64,000 nt of DNA from Myxococcales bacterium. Its GTDB lineage: Bacteria; Myxococcota_A; Polyangia; Polyangiales; DASUME01. The first letter of the stretch is position 1. The number at the start of each line of letters is the position of its first letter. Shown in pieces: positions 1-9,829 of the stretch. The notes below the pieces were generated by a model. That model made no database searches. It saw nothing but the letters and a program-made list of their open reading frames with translations, and had not been told where the DNA came from. The stretch spans positions 2,784,001 to 2,848,000 of the forward strand of contig JASGJH010000001.1 of assembly GCA_047601445.1 (NCBI GenBank), given 5' to 3'. The translations under genes and the position numbers were made by a program.

Positions 1-1
1 G

Positions 2-1288
2 AATCCGTGGCCGCTCGGCGTGGCGCTGGTCGTGAACACCGAGAGTGCGGCGCCCGAGGACCTCGACAAGAAGCTCCAGACGTTGGCCAAGGAAGCGCAG
101 GCGGCAATCACCGCGGGTGAACGCAACAGCCTGGGTGAGACGCGCGGGACGCTGGGTGCCCTCGCGGCCGATGTCACGGGCGAGCAGGGCGCCGAGATCC
201 ACGTGCGACGACGACAGGGCGATGCCTGGATGTCCGCGGTGGTGCGTTTCGCGGGCGGCAGCGAGCTCGATTCGGCGACACGGCATGGGCGCAGCGCGCT
301 GCTGGCGACGTTGATGAGTGATAGCTGCCGCTTCACGGCCGACGCCAGCCTGGACGCTCGTCTGATTGAGCTCGGCGTCAGCCTGACCCCGCTGGTCTCG
401 CCCACCCACGTCGGGCTGCTGGTGACGGCCCCGAGCGAGCGCTGGAGCGAAGCACTCGACGCCGTGCTCCGCTGCGCACTGGGCCCCAGCTTGACGTCGC
501 GCGCGCTGGACGACGCGCGCCTGAAGCTGCTCCGCACCCTGTGGGCCGAACCCGAGCCGAGATTGGCGAGCGCGCTAGGCCATCTGCTGACCCCGACCGC
601 CCCGGGCAGCCTGGCGCCCTGGGGTTCGCCCCAGACCATCGCCAGCGTGCACATCAACGAGATTCGGAGGCTGCACGCGGAGCTCGCCGTGGCGCGAAGG
701 CTGTCGATCCTCGCGGTGAGCGACGCCGAGGTCACGGAGGTCGCACGCTTCATCGCACGCCGGGTCGCGGCGCTCGCGCCGGGGGAAGCTGCTCCCAAGC
801 TCGCGGCGCCTTCGGTCCCCGAGGGCGTACGCGGTGAACTCACGGAGGAAGGGGCACTGCGGGCCATCGTGGGGGTGCGCGTGACCGAGCGTGGCGCCGA
901 CCCGATGGCAGCGCGCGTGTTCGCGGACTTGCTGGGCGAGGCGCTGGCCAAGCGCGCGCTCGTGCTGCTGCACGGTTGGGGCGAGCGAAATTCGGAGTCG
1001 CTGTCGAGCGGTGTGGCGTTGGCTCTCCAGGAGGAAGCCCTGACGACGCTCGACCGCAGCGTGCGCGACGCGCTCTCGGAACTGCAGCACCTGCCAGATG
1101 CTGCCGTGCTCGCGCGCCTGGTGAAGGCGAACCTCGAGCGCGCCGCGCGCAGTTCGACCGCGCGCGGCTACGCCCGGGCGTTCTTCTCGGATGAGCCGAG
1201 CGACGCGCGGACGGACCAGCAGCTCGCGTCGTTTCGGCGGCTGAGCCAGGCGACTCCGGCCTTCTTCGTACTGCGACCCGCACCTTGA
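2..1288 (+). CDS. M16 (insulinase) family peptidase-like protein, 5'-partial, probably an inactive-type domain
   Basis: Frame is open from the window start. M16-like segments are present (RFAGGS..., GRSALLATLM, PWGSPQTIASV...IRRLH). No HxxEH motif in the visible part. Confidence 0.6.
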   Translation, partial: NPWPLGVALVVNTESAAPEDLDKKLQTLAKEAQAAITAGERNSLGETRGTLGALAADVTGEQGAEIHVRRRQGDAWMSAVVRFAGGSELDSATRHGRSALLATLMSDSCRFTADASLDARLIELGVSLTPLVSPTHVGLLVTAPSERWSEALDAVLRCALGPSLTSRALDDARLKLLRTLWAEPEPRLASALGHLLTPTAPGSLAPWGSPQTIASVHINEIRRLHAELAVARRLSILAVSDAEVTEVARFIARRVAALAPGEAAPKLAAPSVPEGVRGELTEEGALRAIVGVRVTERGADPMAARVFADLLGEALAKRALVLLHGWGERNSESLSSGVALALQEEALTTLDRSVRDALSELQHLPDAAVLARLVKANLERAARSSTARGYARAFFSDEPSDARTDQQLASFRRLSQATPAFFVLRPAP

Positions 1289-1293
1289 TCTGA

Positions 1294-1669
1294 CGGGGAG
1301 GGCACGCGCCCTCCCCGCCCGTCGCGGCAAAGCCGCAACGGGACCCACCCCACCGCGAGGGTCGCTACGCTCACAGTGCACTCACCCGCCACGCAAGAGG
1401 GCACGCGCCCTCCCCGCCCGTCGCGGCAAAGCCGCAACGGGACCCACCCCACCGCGAGGGTCGCTACGCTCACAGTGCACTCACCCGCCACGCAAGAGGG
1501 CACGCGCCCTCCCCGCCCGTCGCGGCAAAGCCGCAACGGGACCCACCCCACCGCGAGGGTCGCTACGCTCACAGTGCACTCACCCGCCACGCAAGAGGGC
1601 ACGCGCCCTCCCCGCCCGTCGCGGCAAGCCGCAACGGGACCCACCCACCGCGAGGGTCGCTACGCTCAC
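1294..1669. repeat. 99-bp tandem repeat, about 3.75 copies, palindrome-rich (REP/BIME-like)
   Basis: Units start at 1298, 1397, 1496 and 1595. Copies 1-3 are identical and copy 4 has two 1-nt deletions. Each unit has GAGGGC-acgc-GCCCTC and GCGGC-AAA-GCCGC hairpins. Confidence 0.95.
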
Positions 1670-1727
1670 CGATTGCACCGCGTTTGTAGGCGTTGACGCG
1701 TGGTTTTGGCGGTGCTAGCGAGAATCG

Positions 1728-2438
1728 GTGGCGGAAACTGAACCTTCATTCAACGAGGGGACGGGCGAGCGCGGCGAGAGCGGCGACGGCGAGACGGTCC
1801 AGGCCAGCCCGCGAAAGAAGCGAAAGCCCGCGCGGCGCAAGGATGGCGCGGCCGAGGGCAAGCGTGAGCGCATCTTACGAGCCGCCATCAAGGTGTTCGC
1901 GCGCAAGGGCTTCTACTCGACCCGCGTCAGCGAGATCGCCAAGGCCGCAGGCGTGGCCGACGGCACTATCTACCTGTACTTCAAGAACAAGGACGACGTC
2001 CTCATCTCGATCTTTCAGGACCACACGACCAAGCTGATCGAGCTGATGTCCGAGGCCATCGCGGAGCAGAGCGGCTTCGAAGCGAAGTTTCGGGTGTGCC
2101 TGGACATCCAGCTCGGCTTGCTCGATGGCTCACGCGAGCTGGCCGAGGTGGTCACGGTGAACCTGCGCCAGTCATCCCGCCTGCTCAAGCAGTACGGCGC
2201 ACCACTGTTCGGTCGCTACCTCGACACACTGGCCGGGGTGTTCGAAGAGGGGCAGGCGCAGGGGCTCGTGCGTGAGGATCTGAGCCCACGCGTGCTCGCG
2301 CGCGCGCTATGGGGCTCGCTCGATGCGATCACGTTGGGCTGGGCGCTGGGCGGTGGCGACGAGCAGGCGATGAAGCGCTCGGCACAACAGGTCGCCAGCA
2401 CCTTCCTGGACGGCGTTCGTAGTGCCAGGAAGTCTTGA
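1728..2438 (+). CDS. TetR/AcrR family regulator (FadR/YsiA-like)
   Basis: N-terminal HTH ILRAAIKVFARKGF...VSEIAKAAGVADGTIYLYFKNKDD; lies directly upstream of etfBA. Confidence 0.92.
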   Translation: MAETEPSFNEGTGERGESGDGETVQASPRKKRKPARRKDGAAEGKRERILRAAIKVFARKGFYSTRVSEIAKAAGVADGTIYLYFKNKDDVLISIFQDHTTKLIELMSEAIAEQSGFEAKFRVCLDIQLGLLDGSRELAEVVTVNLRQSSRLLKQYGAPLFGRYLDTLAGVFEEGQAQGLVREDLSPRVLARALWGSLDAITLGWALGGGDEQAMKRSAQQVASTFLDGVRSARKS

Positions 2439-2463
2439 CACCTACCCCCTTCGATCCTACACC
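2435..2463 (+). promoter_or_regulatory. Putative sigma70 promoter of etfBA
   Basis: TTGACA (2435-2440), 17-nt spacer, TACACC (2458-2463). Confidence 0.5.
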
Positions 2464-2569
2464 CCCGCGTCGCGAAATTTCGTCGAGTTCCCCCTTGGAG
2501 AACCGCGTGTGATCAAGCTTTTCTCGCGGATCATCGCGGCTCGGCCCAGGGCCTGAATGGAGGCTGTGC

Positions 2570-3400
2570 GTGAAGATCCTCGTTCCCGTCAAGCGGGTCA
2601 GCGACCCGGACAATGCCAACAAAGTCAAGGTTGCCGGCGACGGCAAGTCCGTGACCACCGAAGGCCTGGAATGGAAGCCAAATCCATTCGATGAGTACGC
2701 GGTCGAGACCGCGCTGCGCCTCAACGAAAACGCCAAGGGCACCGACAAGCTCGGCGAGACCGTGGTGGTCACGCTGGGTCCGAAGGACGCTGCGCAGACG
2801 CTGCGCCAGGCCCTCGCCATGGGCGCCGACCGCGGCATCCTGGTCGAAGCCGACGACAACAAGCTCGACTCCCTCGTCGTGGCGCGCGCCCTCAAGGCGA
2901 TCGTCGAGAAGGAGAAGCCGGACCTCGTGCTGCTCGGCAAGCAGGCCGTCGACGGCGACTCCAACGCCACCGGCCAGATCCTCGCGGAGCTCCTCGGCTG
3001 GCCTCAGGCGACCTTCGCCATGTCCATCTCCACCGCTGACGGCGGCAAGAGCCTCACGGTCGGCCGCGAAGTCGACACCGGCGTGCTCACGGTCAAGGTG
3101 CAGACCCCCGCGGTCGTCACCGTCGACCTCCGCATCGTTTCGCCCAAGGCCGTGCAGAACGGCGTGACCCCCGCGACGCACGAGTACGCCGACGGCGCTC
3201 GTTACGCCTCGCTCAAGGGCATCATGCAGGCGAAGAAGAAGCCGATCGCCGAGCAGGCGCTGGCCAGCCTGGGCAGCGACGTGACGCCCGGCACCACCTA
3301 TCTCAAGGCCGAGCTGCCGCCCGCCCGCAAGGCCGGTGTGGTGGTCGACAGCGTCGACGCGCTGGTCGCCAAGCTGAAGAACGAAGCCAAGGTCATCTGA
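2570..3400 (+). CDS. etfB: Electron transfer flavoprotein beta subunit
   Basis: MKILVPVKRV, NPFDEYAVE, ALAMGADR, GKQAVDGDS and RYASLKGIMQAKKKPI motifs. Confidence 0.97.
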   Translation: MKILVPVKRVSDPDNANKVKVAGDGKSVTTEGLEWKPNPFDEYAVETALRLNENAKGTDKLGETVVVTLGPKDAAQTLRQALAMGADRGILVEADDNKLDSLVVARALKAIVEKEKPDLVLLGKQAVDGDSNATGQILAELLGWPQATFAMSISTADGGKSLTVGREVDTGVLTVKVQTPAVVTVDLRIVSPKAVQNGVTPATHEYADGARYASLKGIMQAKKKPIAEQALASLGSDVTPGTTYLKAELPPARKAGVVVDSVDALVAKLKNEAKVI

Positions 3401-3431
3401 GCCCCAGACAACGGACGAAGAGGAGAGTGTC

Positions 3432-4400
3432 ATGACAGACGTACTTGTTGTCGCGGAGCTCATTGATGGCGGCCTGCGCAAGACGACGCTGAACGCGATC
3501 AGCGCCGCGCGGACCATCGCCCAGGGAACGGGCGGCGCTTTCGACGTGCTGGCCATCGGCCAGGGCGCAGCGAAGGCAGCTGGCGAAGTGGGTGCCTTCG
3601 GCGCTCGCAAGGTATTCGCCACGGAAATCGCCGGCGGCTACACCGCTGAAGGCTACGCGGCCACGGTCGCGCAGCTCGGCAAGGGCTACGGCGTGGTGCT
3701 CGCCACCGCCAGCACCTACGGCAAGGACCTCTTGCCGCGCGTCGCCGCCAAGCTCAATGCGGGCCTGGCGAGCGATATCTCGAAGGTGAACGTGGAGGGC
3801 GGCAAGCTCTCCTACAAGCGTCCCACCTACGCCGGCAACGTGTACGCCACGATGGAAGTCACCACGCCCATCCAGGTCGTCAGCGTGCGTCAGTCGGAGT
3901 TCGAGCAGGCCGCCCCGAGCGGTGGTTCGAGCCCGGTGGAGAGCTACGCCGTCGTCGCGGATCCCGCGGCGAGCAAGGTGCAGTTCGTGAGCATCGAGTC
4001 CGTCAAGAGCGCGCGTCCTGACCTCGCCGAGGCAGCGATCGTCGTTTCTGGCGGTCGCGCTCTCAAGAGCTCGGAGAACTTCAAGACGGTGCTCGAGCCC
4101 CTCGTCGACGCCTTCGGCGCCGCCATGGGCGCCTCGCGCGCGGCTTGCGACGCGGGCTACGTGCCCAACGATCTGCAGGTCGGTCAGACCGGCAAGGTCG
4201 TGGCCCCCAAGCTCTACGTGGCAGTGGGCATCAGCGGCGCCATCCAGCACCTTGCGGGCATGAAGGGCTCGAAGGTCATCGTGGCCGTCAACAAGGACAA
4301 GGAAGCCCCTATCGCGCAGGTGGCGGACTACTTCCTGGTGGCCGACCTCTTCAAGGCGGTCCCCGAGCTGACCGAGGCCGTGAAGAAGGCGCGCGGCTGA
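3432..4400 (+). CDS. etfA: Electron transfer flavoprotein alpha subunit
   Basis: VSGGRAL, GASRAA and [32 protein letters not shown]-binding motifs. Confidence 0.97.
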   Translation: MTDVLVVAELIDGGLRKTTLNAISAARTIAQGTGGAFDVLAIGQGAAKAAGEVGAFGARKVFATEIAGGYTAEGYAATVAQLGKGYGVVLATASTYGKDLLPRVAAKLNAGLASDISKVNVEGGKLSYKRPTYAGNVYATMEVTTPIQVVSVRQSEFEQAAPSGGSSPVESYAVVADPAASKVQFVSIESVKSARPDLAEAAIVVSGGRALKSSENFKTVLEPLVDAFGAAMGASRAACDAGYVPNDLQVGQTGKVVAPKLYVAVGISGAIQHLAGMKGSKVIVAVNKDKEAPIAQVADYFLVADLFKAVPELTEAVKKARG

Positions 4401-4427
4401 TTCCAGCACCTGCTGGATGCGAGTGAG

Positions 4428-4463
4428 AGGGGTGAGGACGAAAGTCCCGCCCCTTTTGCTTTT
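4428..4463 (+). terminator. Intrinsic terminator after etfA
   Basis: AGGGGTGAGGAC-GAAA-GTCCCGCCCCT stem followed by TTTGCTTTT. Confidence 0.8.
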
Positions 4464-4586
4464 GTGGCGGAGCTCGAGCCGGCCTCGGCGAGTTCGGCTT
4501 TTGCCCCCCGAGACGCGCACTGTTACCCTGCCCTTTCAACCACGAGGCGTTGGGCGGTGGGAGTGGCGACAACGTTGAAGACGCGC

Positions 4587-5975
4587 ATGACGGCCGGATG
4601 GCTGGCACTCGTCGGCGCGCTGCTATGCGGTCACGCAAGCGCGGAGGCGCCAGCGTACGCAGGCAAGTATCGGGCGGGCCCGACCACGGTGATCGCCGAG
4701 GTGTCGGCTTGGGGCGAGGATTGCGGGGTCAGGCCTCAGAGCCAGACCTTGAACGAGCAGCCGATCGTCGAGGTCAAAGAGGTCGGCAACCAGCTCGAGC
4801 TCAAGTTTCCCGACCACATCCTGCGCAGCAACGGATGCTGGAGCCAGAACCCAGCCGTGAAGCTGACCGCGAGCTCGGTGGCCAACGGTCAGTGGAAGGC
4901 CGATTGTGCGACCGCCCAGGGAGACTCCAAGCGGGAGCTCGGTCACTACATCATCAGCGCGATCTCCGCGACCACGCTCGAGCTGCGCGAGGAGAGCGAG
5001 TACCTCTGGCAGCTGAAGACCTCGCACTGCACCGCCAAGGTACGCACGCTGCAGCGCCTCGAGCGCACGCACGGCGACGAGGCCAATACGCCGCCACCGG
5101 CCCCAGTCGCGACCCCCGAGCCCGCCTGCGTCCCCGGTCCCCTGGCGCGCATCAAGTTGCGCCCGCAGGAAGCTCGGATCCAGCCCGGTGAGCGCGTGTG
5201 CTTCAGCGCGCGTGGCTTCGACGCCCAGGGATGCGCCAGCGAGCTCGAGACGCGCGATCTGGAGTGGACGCTGGAGAAGGCGCCGGGCCTGCGCGGGACG
5301 CTCAACGCGGGGTGCTTTCGCGCCAGCGAGAGCACGGCGGAAGCCGAGGGCACGTTTCAGATCACCGCCCTGCGCGAGGGCAAGCGCGATCAGGTCACGG
5401 TGAGCGTTTCCATCGCAGACCTATCGGACATCACGGCCCGGCGTGATCAGGGAGGACCGAACGGGCTCTCGAACGAGGACTCCGCCTCGGGGGGCCTGGC
5501 GGGCGCGGGCGTGAAGGCTGTGGAGGTGCGCTCAGGCCCAGGGCTGGAATGGTTGCTGGCGGGTGCGGCGGCCGTGCTCGTGCTGGGGTCGCTCGCCGGT
5601 TGGCTGTGGTCTCGTCAGCGGGCTGCGGCTTCGGCGCCAGCGCCCAGGGCCGCCTCGCCCGTGGGTCCCCCCGCGAGCGCCAAGGGACCGTCGACGCCAG
5701 CTCAAGCTCAAGCCGCTGAACGGGTGACTCCGCCCGCAGCCACACCGGCAGCCCCGATCCCCGCCACTGTAGGGGGTGAGCCCATGATCTGCCCCCAGTG
5801 CCGTCGTGGCTATCCTCCGGGCTCGGAGCGCTGTCAGGGAGACGGGACGCGGTTGGTCCCCTACGCGACTTTCGTGCGAGATTCCAAGGTAAACGAGGGC
5901 CGTTCCTGCAGTGGGTGCGGCGCCGCGCTGGATGCCGATGCGCTGTTCTGCGGCAACTGCGGACGCCGCGTATGA
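4587..5975 (+). CDS. Exported/membrane protein with Cys-containing ectodomain, single TM helix and C-terminal double zinc ribbon
   Basis: Signal peptide (…LLCGHASAE), TM segment WLLAGAAAVLVLGSLAGWLW, Pro/Ala linker, and CPQC..C / CSGC..CGNC at the C-terminus. Start codon uncertain. Confidence 0.7.
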   Translation: MTAGWLALVGALLCGHASAEAPAYAGKYRAGPTTVIAEVSAWGEDCGVRPQSQTLNEQPIVEVKEVGNQLELKFPDHILRSNGCWSQNPAVKLTASSVANGQWKADCATAQGDSKRELGHYIISAISATTLELREESEYLWQLKTSHCTAKVRTLQRLERTHGDEANTPPPAPVATPEPACVPGPLARIKLRPQEARIQPGERVCFSARGFDAQGCASELETRDLEWTLEKAPGLRGTLNAGCFRASESTAEAEGTFQITALREGKRDQVTVSVSIADLSDITARRDQGGPNGLSNEDSASGGLAGAGVKAVEVRSGPGLEWLLAGAAAVLVLGSLAGWLWSRQRAAASAPAPRAASPVGPPASAKGPSTPAQAQAAERVTPPAATPAAPIPATVGGEPMICPQCRRGYPPGSERCQGDGTRLVPYATFVRDSKVNEGRSCSGCGAALDADALFCGNCGRRV

Positions 5976-6132
5976 GGCGCATTTTTTTTCCTAAGGTGCT
6001 CTAGGCAGCGGTGTCGAAGTTCTGTTAGCGTCCGCCCGCCACGGCCTACACGAGCACATGCTGCTCCATTGTGGGTAGAGGTTTCAGGGTGCCTTCGCTA
6101 CTCCAAGCACCCACTGCTGAGGACCATCGTCC

Positions 6133-7800
6133 ATGAAAATCGTCTGCGATAGTTGCGGAGCCAAATACTCGATTGCCGATGAAAAAGTCGCCGGCAAGGT
6201 GTTCAAGATTCGCTGCAAGAAGTGCAGTGCGGTGATCGTCGTCAAGGGCGACAACCAAGAAGAGGGCGACGAAGCCACGCGCGTGTACGACTACGGCGCC
6301 GAGGCGGTGTGGCACGTGGTTGTCGGCGGCGACCAGCAAGGTCCGTTGGCTCCGCGCCAGCTGGGCGAGATGCTCGCCGAGGGCAAGATCGACTGGGAAG
6401 CCTACGTGTGGCGCGAAGGCATGGACGGTTGGCAGCCTGCGAAGGACGTGGAGACGCTCGTCAGCGCCATCATGCAGGACGCCGAGGGCGCTCCGAGTCC
6501 CCAGGCGGCGCAGCCGGCCCAGAGCCAGCTGTTCGGCGGCTCGAGCGACATGGGAGCCGATCCCTTCGCCAGCAATGACGATGGTGGTCTCTCTGGCGTG
6601 ATGGGCCAGTCTGCGGCGGCTTCGTCGAGCGGCGGCGGCGGTGGCGGTGACCTTTTCGCACGTTCGGCGCGCAGCCCGTTCGCAGGATCGGTTGACGACG
6701 ATGAGCCGATGTCGAATGGACACCGTGGGAGTCCGCACGTGAGCGAAGCAGAGTCGATGACGGGTCAGCGCAACGAGAACTCGGTGTTGTTCTCGCTTTC
6801 CAACTTGCAGGCACTGGCGACCGGCTCGGGTAGCACGGCGGCCGCTCCGAAGGCCAAGGCAGGAATGGCGCAGGGCGAAGGGTCGGGTCTGATCGACATC
6901 CGCGCCCTCGCGAGCGCCACGCAGGCCGTCTCGAGCACCGCCAGCAATGGCTCGTCTCGCGAGAAGGTCGAAGACCTGATGTCCGTGGGCGCGGCCGGCA
7001 CCGGCTTCTCCGCGGCGGCGTTTGCGGCCCCGGTGGCGGTCGACAAGGGAGACAACAGCAAGCTCCTGCTCGGTGGCATGGCTGGCGCCATCCTGCTGTT
7101 GGGCGCAGCGGTCGGCTACCTCGTCCTGCGTAGCCCCGCACCCGCGGATCCCATGGCGCAGGCCCCCGTGGCGGCCCAACCCGCTCTTGGCGCGGCGCTC
7201 CCCGCTGCTTCGGCAGCGGCCACGGCGCCCACGCCGTCGGCTCCCGTAGCGGAGGCCGCCGCGGCCCCGACTGCCGAAGCCCCCAGCAAGGCCAGCGCGG
7301 ACGAAGAGTCCGACCGCGAAGAAAAGAGCGGCGGAAGCCATCGTTCGAAGCGTGGCAGCAGCGGCAGCAGCGGTGAGAGCACCGCCAGCGCTTCCAAGCC
7401 CGAGAAGGCTTCGGATCCGGCCCCGGCACCTGCCGAGAAGGCGCCTGCGAAGCAGAGCTCGGCCGACTCCTCCATCGACGACCTGCTCAGCGGCGCGCTC
7501 GGCGGCAAGGCCAAGCCCAAGCCGGCCGCTCCCGCCGCCAGTGAGAGCTTGGCGCCCACGCCGAGTCGCGACGAAGTCATGGCCGCGATGAAGTCCGTGA
7601 CGCCCAAGGTCACGGCCTGTGGCGATGGCTCGGGCGGCGTGGCCAAGGCCAAGGTGACGGTCGCTGGCGCTACTGGGCGCGTCACGAGCGTCGAGGTGGA
7701 CGGTCCCGCTCAGTCCTGCGTCACCAAGGAAGTGAGCAAGGCCAAGTTCCCGAAGTTCGCGAACAGCTCGTTCAACTTCACCTATCCCTTCAAGCTCTGA
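6133..7800 (+). CDS. Zinc-ribbon + GYF_2 + TM + TonB-C-like protein (GltJ/AgmX-like family)
   Basis: MKIVCDSCGAKYSIADEK…CKKC zinc ribbon; WHVVVGGDQQGPL…YVWREGMDGW GYF domain; RNENSVLFSL motif; TM helix; C-terminal KAKFPKF…FTYPFKL. Confidence 0.8.
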   Translation: MKIVCDSCGAKYSIADEKVAGKVFKIRCKKCSAVIVVKGDNQEEGDEATRVYDYGAEAVWHVVVGGDQQGPLAPRQLGEMLAEGKIDWEAYVWREGMDGWQPAKDVETLVSAIMQDAEGAPSPQAAQPAQSQLFGGSSDMGADPFASNDDGGLSGVMGQSAAASSSGGGGGGDLFARSARSPFAGSVDDDEPMSNGHRGSPHVSEAESMTGQRNENSVLFSLSNLQALATGSGSTAAAPKAKAGMAQGEGSGLIDIRALASATQAVSSTASNGSSREKVEDLMSVGAAGTGFSAAAFAAPVAVDKGDNSKLLLGGMAGAILLLGAAVGYLVLRSPAPADPMAQAPVAAQPALGAALPAASAAATAPTPSAPVAEAAAAPTAEAPSKASADEESDREEKSGGSHRSKRGSSGSSGESTASASKPEKASDPAPAPAEKAPAKQSSADSSIDDLLSGALGGKAKPKPAAPAASESLAPTPSRDEVMAAMKSVTPKVTACGDGSGGVAKAKVTVAGATGRVTSVEVDGPAQSCVTKEVSKAKFPKFANSSFNFTYPFKL

Positions 7801-7831
7801 TCGAGGCCCCGCACCAGCGGGCACAAGAACG

Positions 7832-7868
7832 AAGGCCGGGCGCAGCGAGCGCTCGGCCTTTTTCTTTT
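7832..7868 (+). terminator. Intrinsic terminator
   Basis: AAGGCCGGGCGC…GCGCTCGGCCTT stem followed by TTTCTTTT. Confidence 0.8.
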
Positions 7869-7939
7869 GAGTCGAAGCGGGCTCATCAGCCCGCGCGCAA
7901 GAACGGATGCGGGGCGCTTCAGTTCACCCCGGTGCGACT

Positions 7940-9409
7940 TCAGGCGTAGCCCTTGATGAACTCGAGCGCGGTGCGCACGCCGAAGCCCGTGCCGCCCTTG
8001 GGCGAGACGTCGTGCGGAGCCGCCAGGAACGCCGGGCCCGCGATATCCAGGTGGATCCACTTGGCGTCGCCCACGAACTCACGCAGGAACAGCGCAGCCG
8101 AGATGGATCCGCCGTAGCCGTCGCCCGTGTTCTTGATGTCGGCGATGGGGCTCTTGATGGTCTCCTTCAGGTCCTCGTCCAGGGGGAGCGGCCAGAAGGC
8201 CTCCCCAGAGCGCTTGGCAGCCGCCATGTAGCGATCGCGCAGGCTGTCGTCGGTGGCGTAGAGCCCGGCACGCCACTGCCCCAATGCGACCATGCAGGCG
8301 CCGGTCAGCGTCGCATGGTCGATCAATACGCTCGGCTGAAGCTTGCGTGCGTAGGTGAGCGCGTCCGCCAGGATCAGGCGGCCCTCGGCGTCGGTGTTCA
8401 ACACCTCCACGGTCTTGCCATCCATGGAGCGGTAAACGTCGCCCGGCTTGAAGGCCTTGCCCCCCAACATGTTGTCCGTGGAAGGCACCACCGCGTGGAC
8501 CTCTACCGGCAACTTGAGGCGTGCGGCCGCGACGACGATGGCGATGGTCGCCGCGCCACCTGCCATGTCGCACTTCATGGTCTCCATGGACTTGGCCGGC
8601 TTGATACTGAGCCCGCCAGCGTCGAACGTGAGGCCCTTGCCCACGAACACGAGCCTCGGCACCTTGCGCTTCAGCTTGGGGATGTAGGCCATGTGAATGA
8701 AGCGCGGCTCCTCATCACTGCCGGCGTTCACGGCCATCAATAGGTTCATGCCTTGCTTCGCGATCTCCTGCTTGCCCCACACGGTGCAGCGGATGCCGTG
8801 CTCGCGCGAGAGCTTGCGGGCTTCGTTCGCGAGGGCAGTAGAGGTCATCTCGTTCGGCGGCCGATTGACCAGATCGCGCGTGAGGTTGACGGCTTCGCCC
8901 AAGGTTTGCGCCTCGTCGACGGCCTGCTTGTCGGCGGTCGTGGGCTTGTGCGCCAACACCAGCGTGGTGCGCGGGCTGGGCTTGGGCTTGCGGGAACCCG
9001 TAAGGAACTCGGCGTAGCGATAGTCCCCCAGGAGAAGTCCTTCGGCGAGACACCGAAGCTGGGCAGGCTCCGAGGAGGGCACGAACACCGCCAAGGTCTT
9101 GAGGTCCTTGGCAACACGCGCCACCTGGACGCCCGCGAGCCTGAGCTCGTCGGCCAACCCTTCTTTGCCGGCCAGGGCCGTGATGCGCAGCTTCTTGGCG
9201 GCGATGCGCCCGAAGGTGTGCACGGTGAACGCCTGGCCCTTCTTGGCGCTGAAGTCTTCCTGTTTGGCGATCTTGAGCAGCTCTCCGCCGAGCGCGGCGT
9301 CGAGCTCGCGAAAGCTGGGCTGCTTGGAGAACTCGGCACCAGAGACGAACACGACCAGGAGATCCGCGTCGACGGCCGAGAGTGAAACCTGTGAAAGAGC
9401 GAGCTTCAT
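7940..9409 (-). CDS. pepA: Leucyl aminopeptidase (M17)
   Basis: VGKGLTFDAGG, MKCDMAG, NTDAEGRL, ATLTGA and HLDIAGP motifs; ATG at 9409. Confidence 0.96.
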   Translation of the reverse strand: MKLALSQVSLSAVDADLLVVFVSGAEFSKQPSFRELDAALGGELLKIAKQEDFSAKKGQAFTVHTFGRIAAKKLRITALAGKEGLADELRLAGVQVARVAKDLKTLAVFVPSSEPAQLRCLAEGLLLGDYRYAEFLTGSRKPKPSPRTTLVLAHKPTTADKQAVDEAQTLGEAVNLTRDLVNRPPNEMTSTALANEARKLSREHGIRCTVWGKQEIAKQGMNLLMAVNAGSDEEPRFIHMAYIPKLKRKVPRLVFVGKGLTFDAGGLSIKPAKSMETMKCDMAGGAATIAIVVAAARLKLPVEVHAVVPSTDNMLGGKAFKPGDVYRSMDGKTVEVLNTDAEGRLILADALTYARKLQPSVLIDHATLTGACMVALGQWRAGLYATDDSLRDRYMAAAKRSGEAFWPLPLDEDLKETIKSPIADIKNTGDGYGGSISAALFLREFVGDAKWIHLDIAGPAFLAAPHDVSPKGGTGFGVRTALEFIKGYA

Positions 9410-9525
9410 GAGCGCATGGTGACACGGGCGACGAGCGCGACTCAAGACGACGGCGTGGCGCCGAGCGAGCACGCCAACTCCGCCGCTCGCGCCGCCGAAG
9501 CGACCGGACTTGGTGGAATCGGTTC

Positions 9526-9541
9526 GGGCATCGCGCGTGCT
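9526..9541 (+). promoter_or_regulatory. Putative sigma54 (-24/-12) promoter
   Basis: GGGCATCGCGCGTGCT fits GG-N10-GC, about 45 nt upstream of ATG 9587. Confidence 0.55.
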
Positions 9542-9586
9542 CTTCCTCCGTTCGCCGGCTTTTGGACCGGTGAGGAGAAGAGAAGA

Positions 9587-9829
9587 ATGGAAACAACGAC
9601 CAAGCGCATTCAGGCCGTGTACGCGGTGGTATCCAAGTCGAACGGCAAGGACTTGTTCCTGCGTGTGGGCAATGCCTTTCCCAATCGGGACGGGAGCACC
9701 ACGTTGCTACTCGATGCGGTCCCCATCGGAGGCAAACTCCATGTGCGCGACTACCAACCCAAGGAGCACCCCGCGCATTCGGAGTCCGTGGCGTCGGCGC
9801 CCGCCCACGGCGAGCTCGAGCTCGTATGA
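9587..9829 (+). CDS. Small conserved beta-rich hypothetical protein
   Basis: RBS GAGGAG; motif LRVGNAFPNRDGSTTLLLDAVP..GKLHVRD; stop overlaps the comEA start (ATGA). Confidence 0.75.
   Translation: METTTKRIQAVYAVVSKSNGKDLFLRVGNAFPNRDGSTTLLLDAVPIGGKLHVRDYQPKEHPAHSESVASAPAHGELELV

Noticed and set aside
1294..1669. CRISPR array or repeat-protein ORFs (1376..1696 +, 1168..1644 -)
   Set aside because: Units are identical end to end with no unique spacers and no cas genes; the ORFs arise from the 99-bp period.
4410..4460. Hammerhead ribozyme (GTGAGGACGAAA)
   Set aside because: The CTGANGA core is missing; the segment is better explained as a GAAA-capped terminator.
6046..7824. Long antisense ORFs (also 28034..29884, 33943..35886, 37640..39496, 39737..41359 and similar)
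   Set aside because: Shadow frames of real genes, expected from high-GC codon bias; no recognisable motifs.
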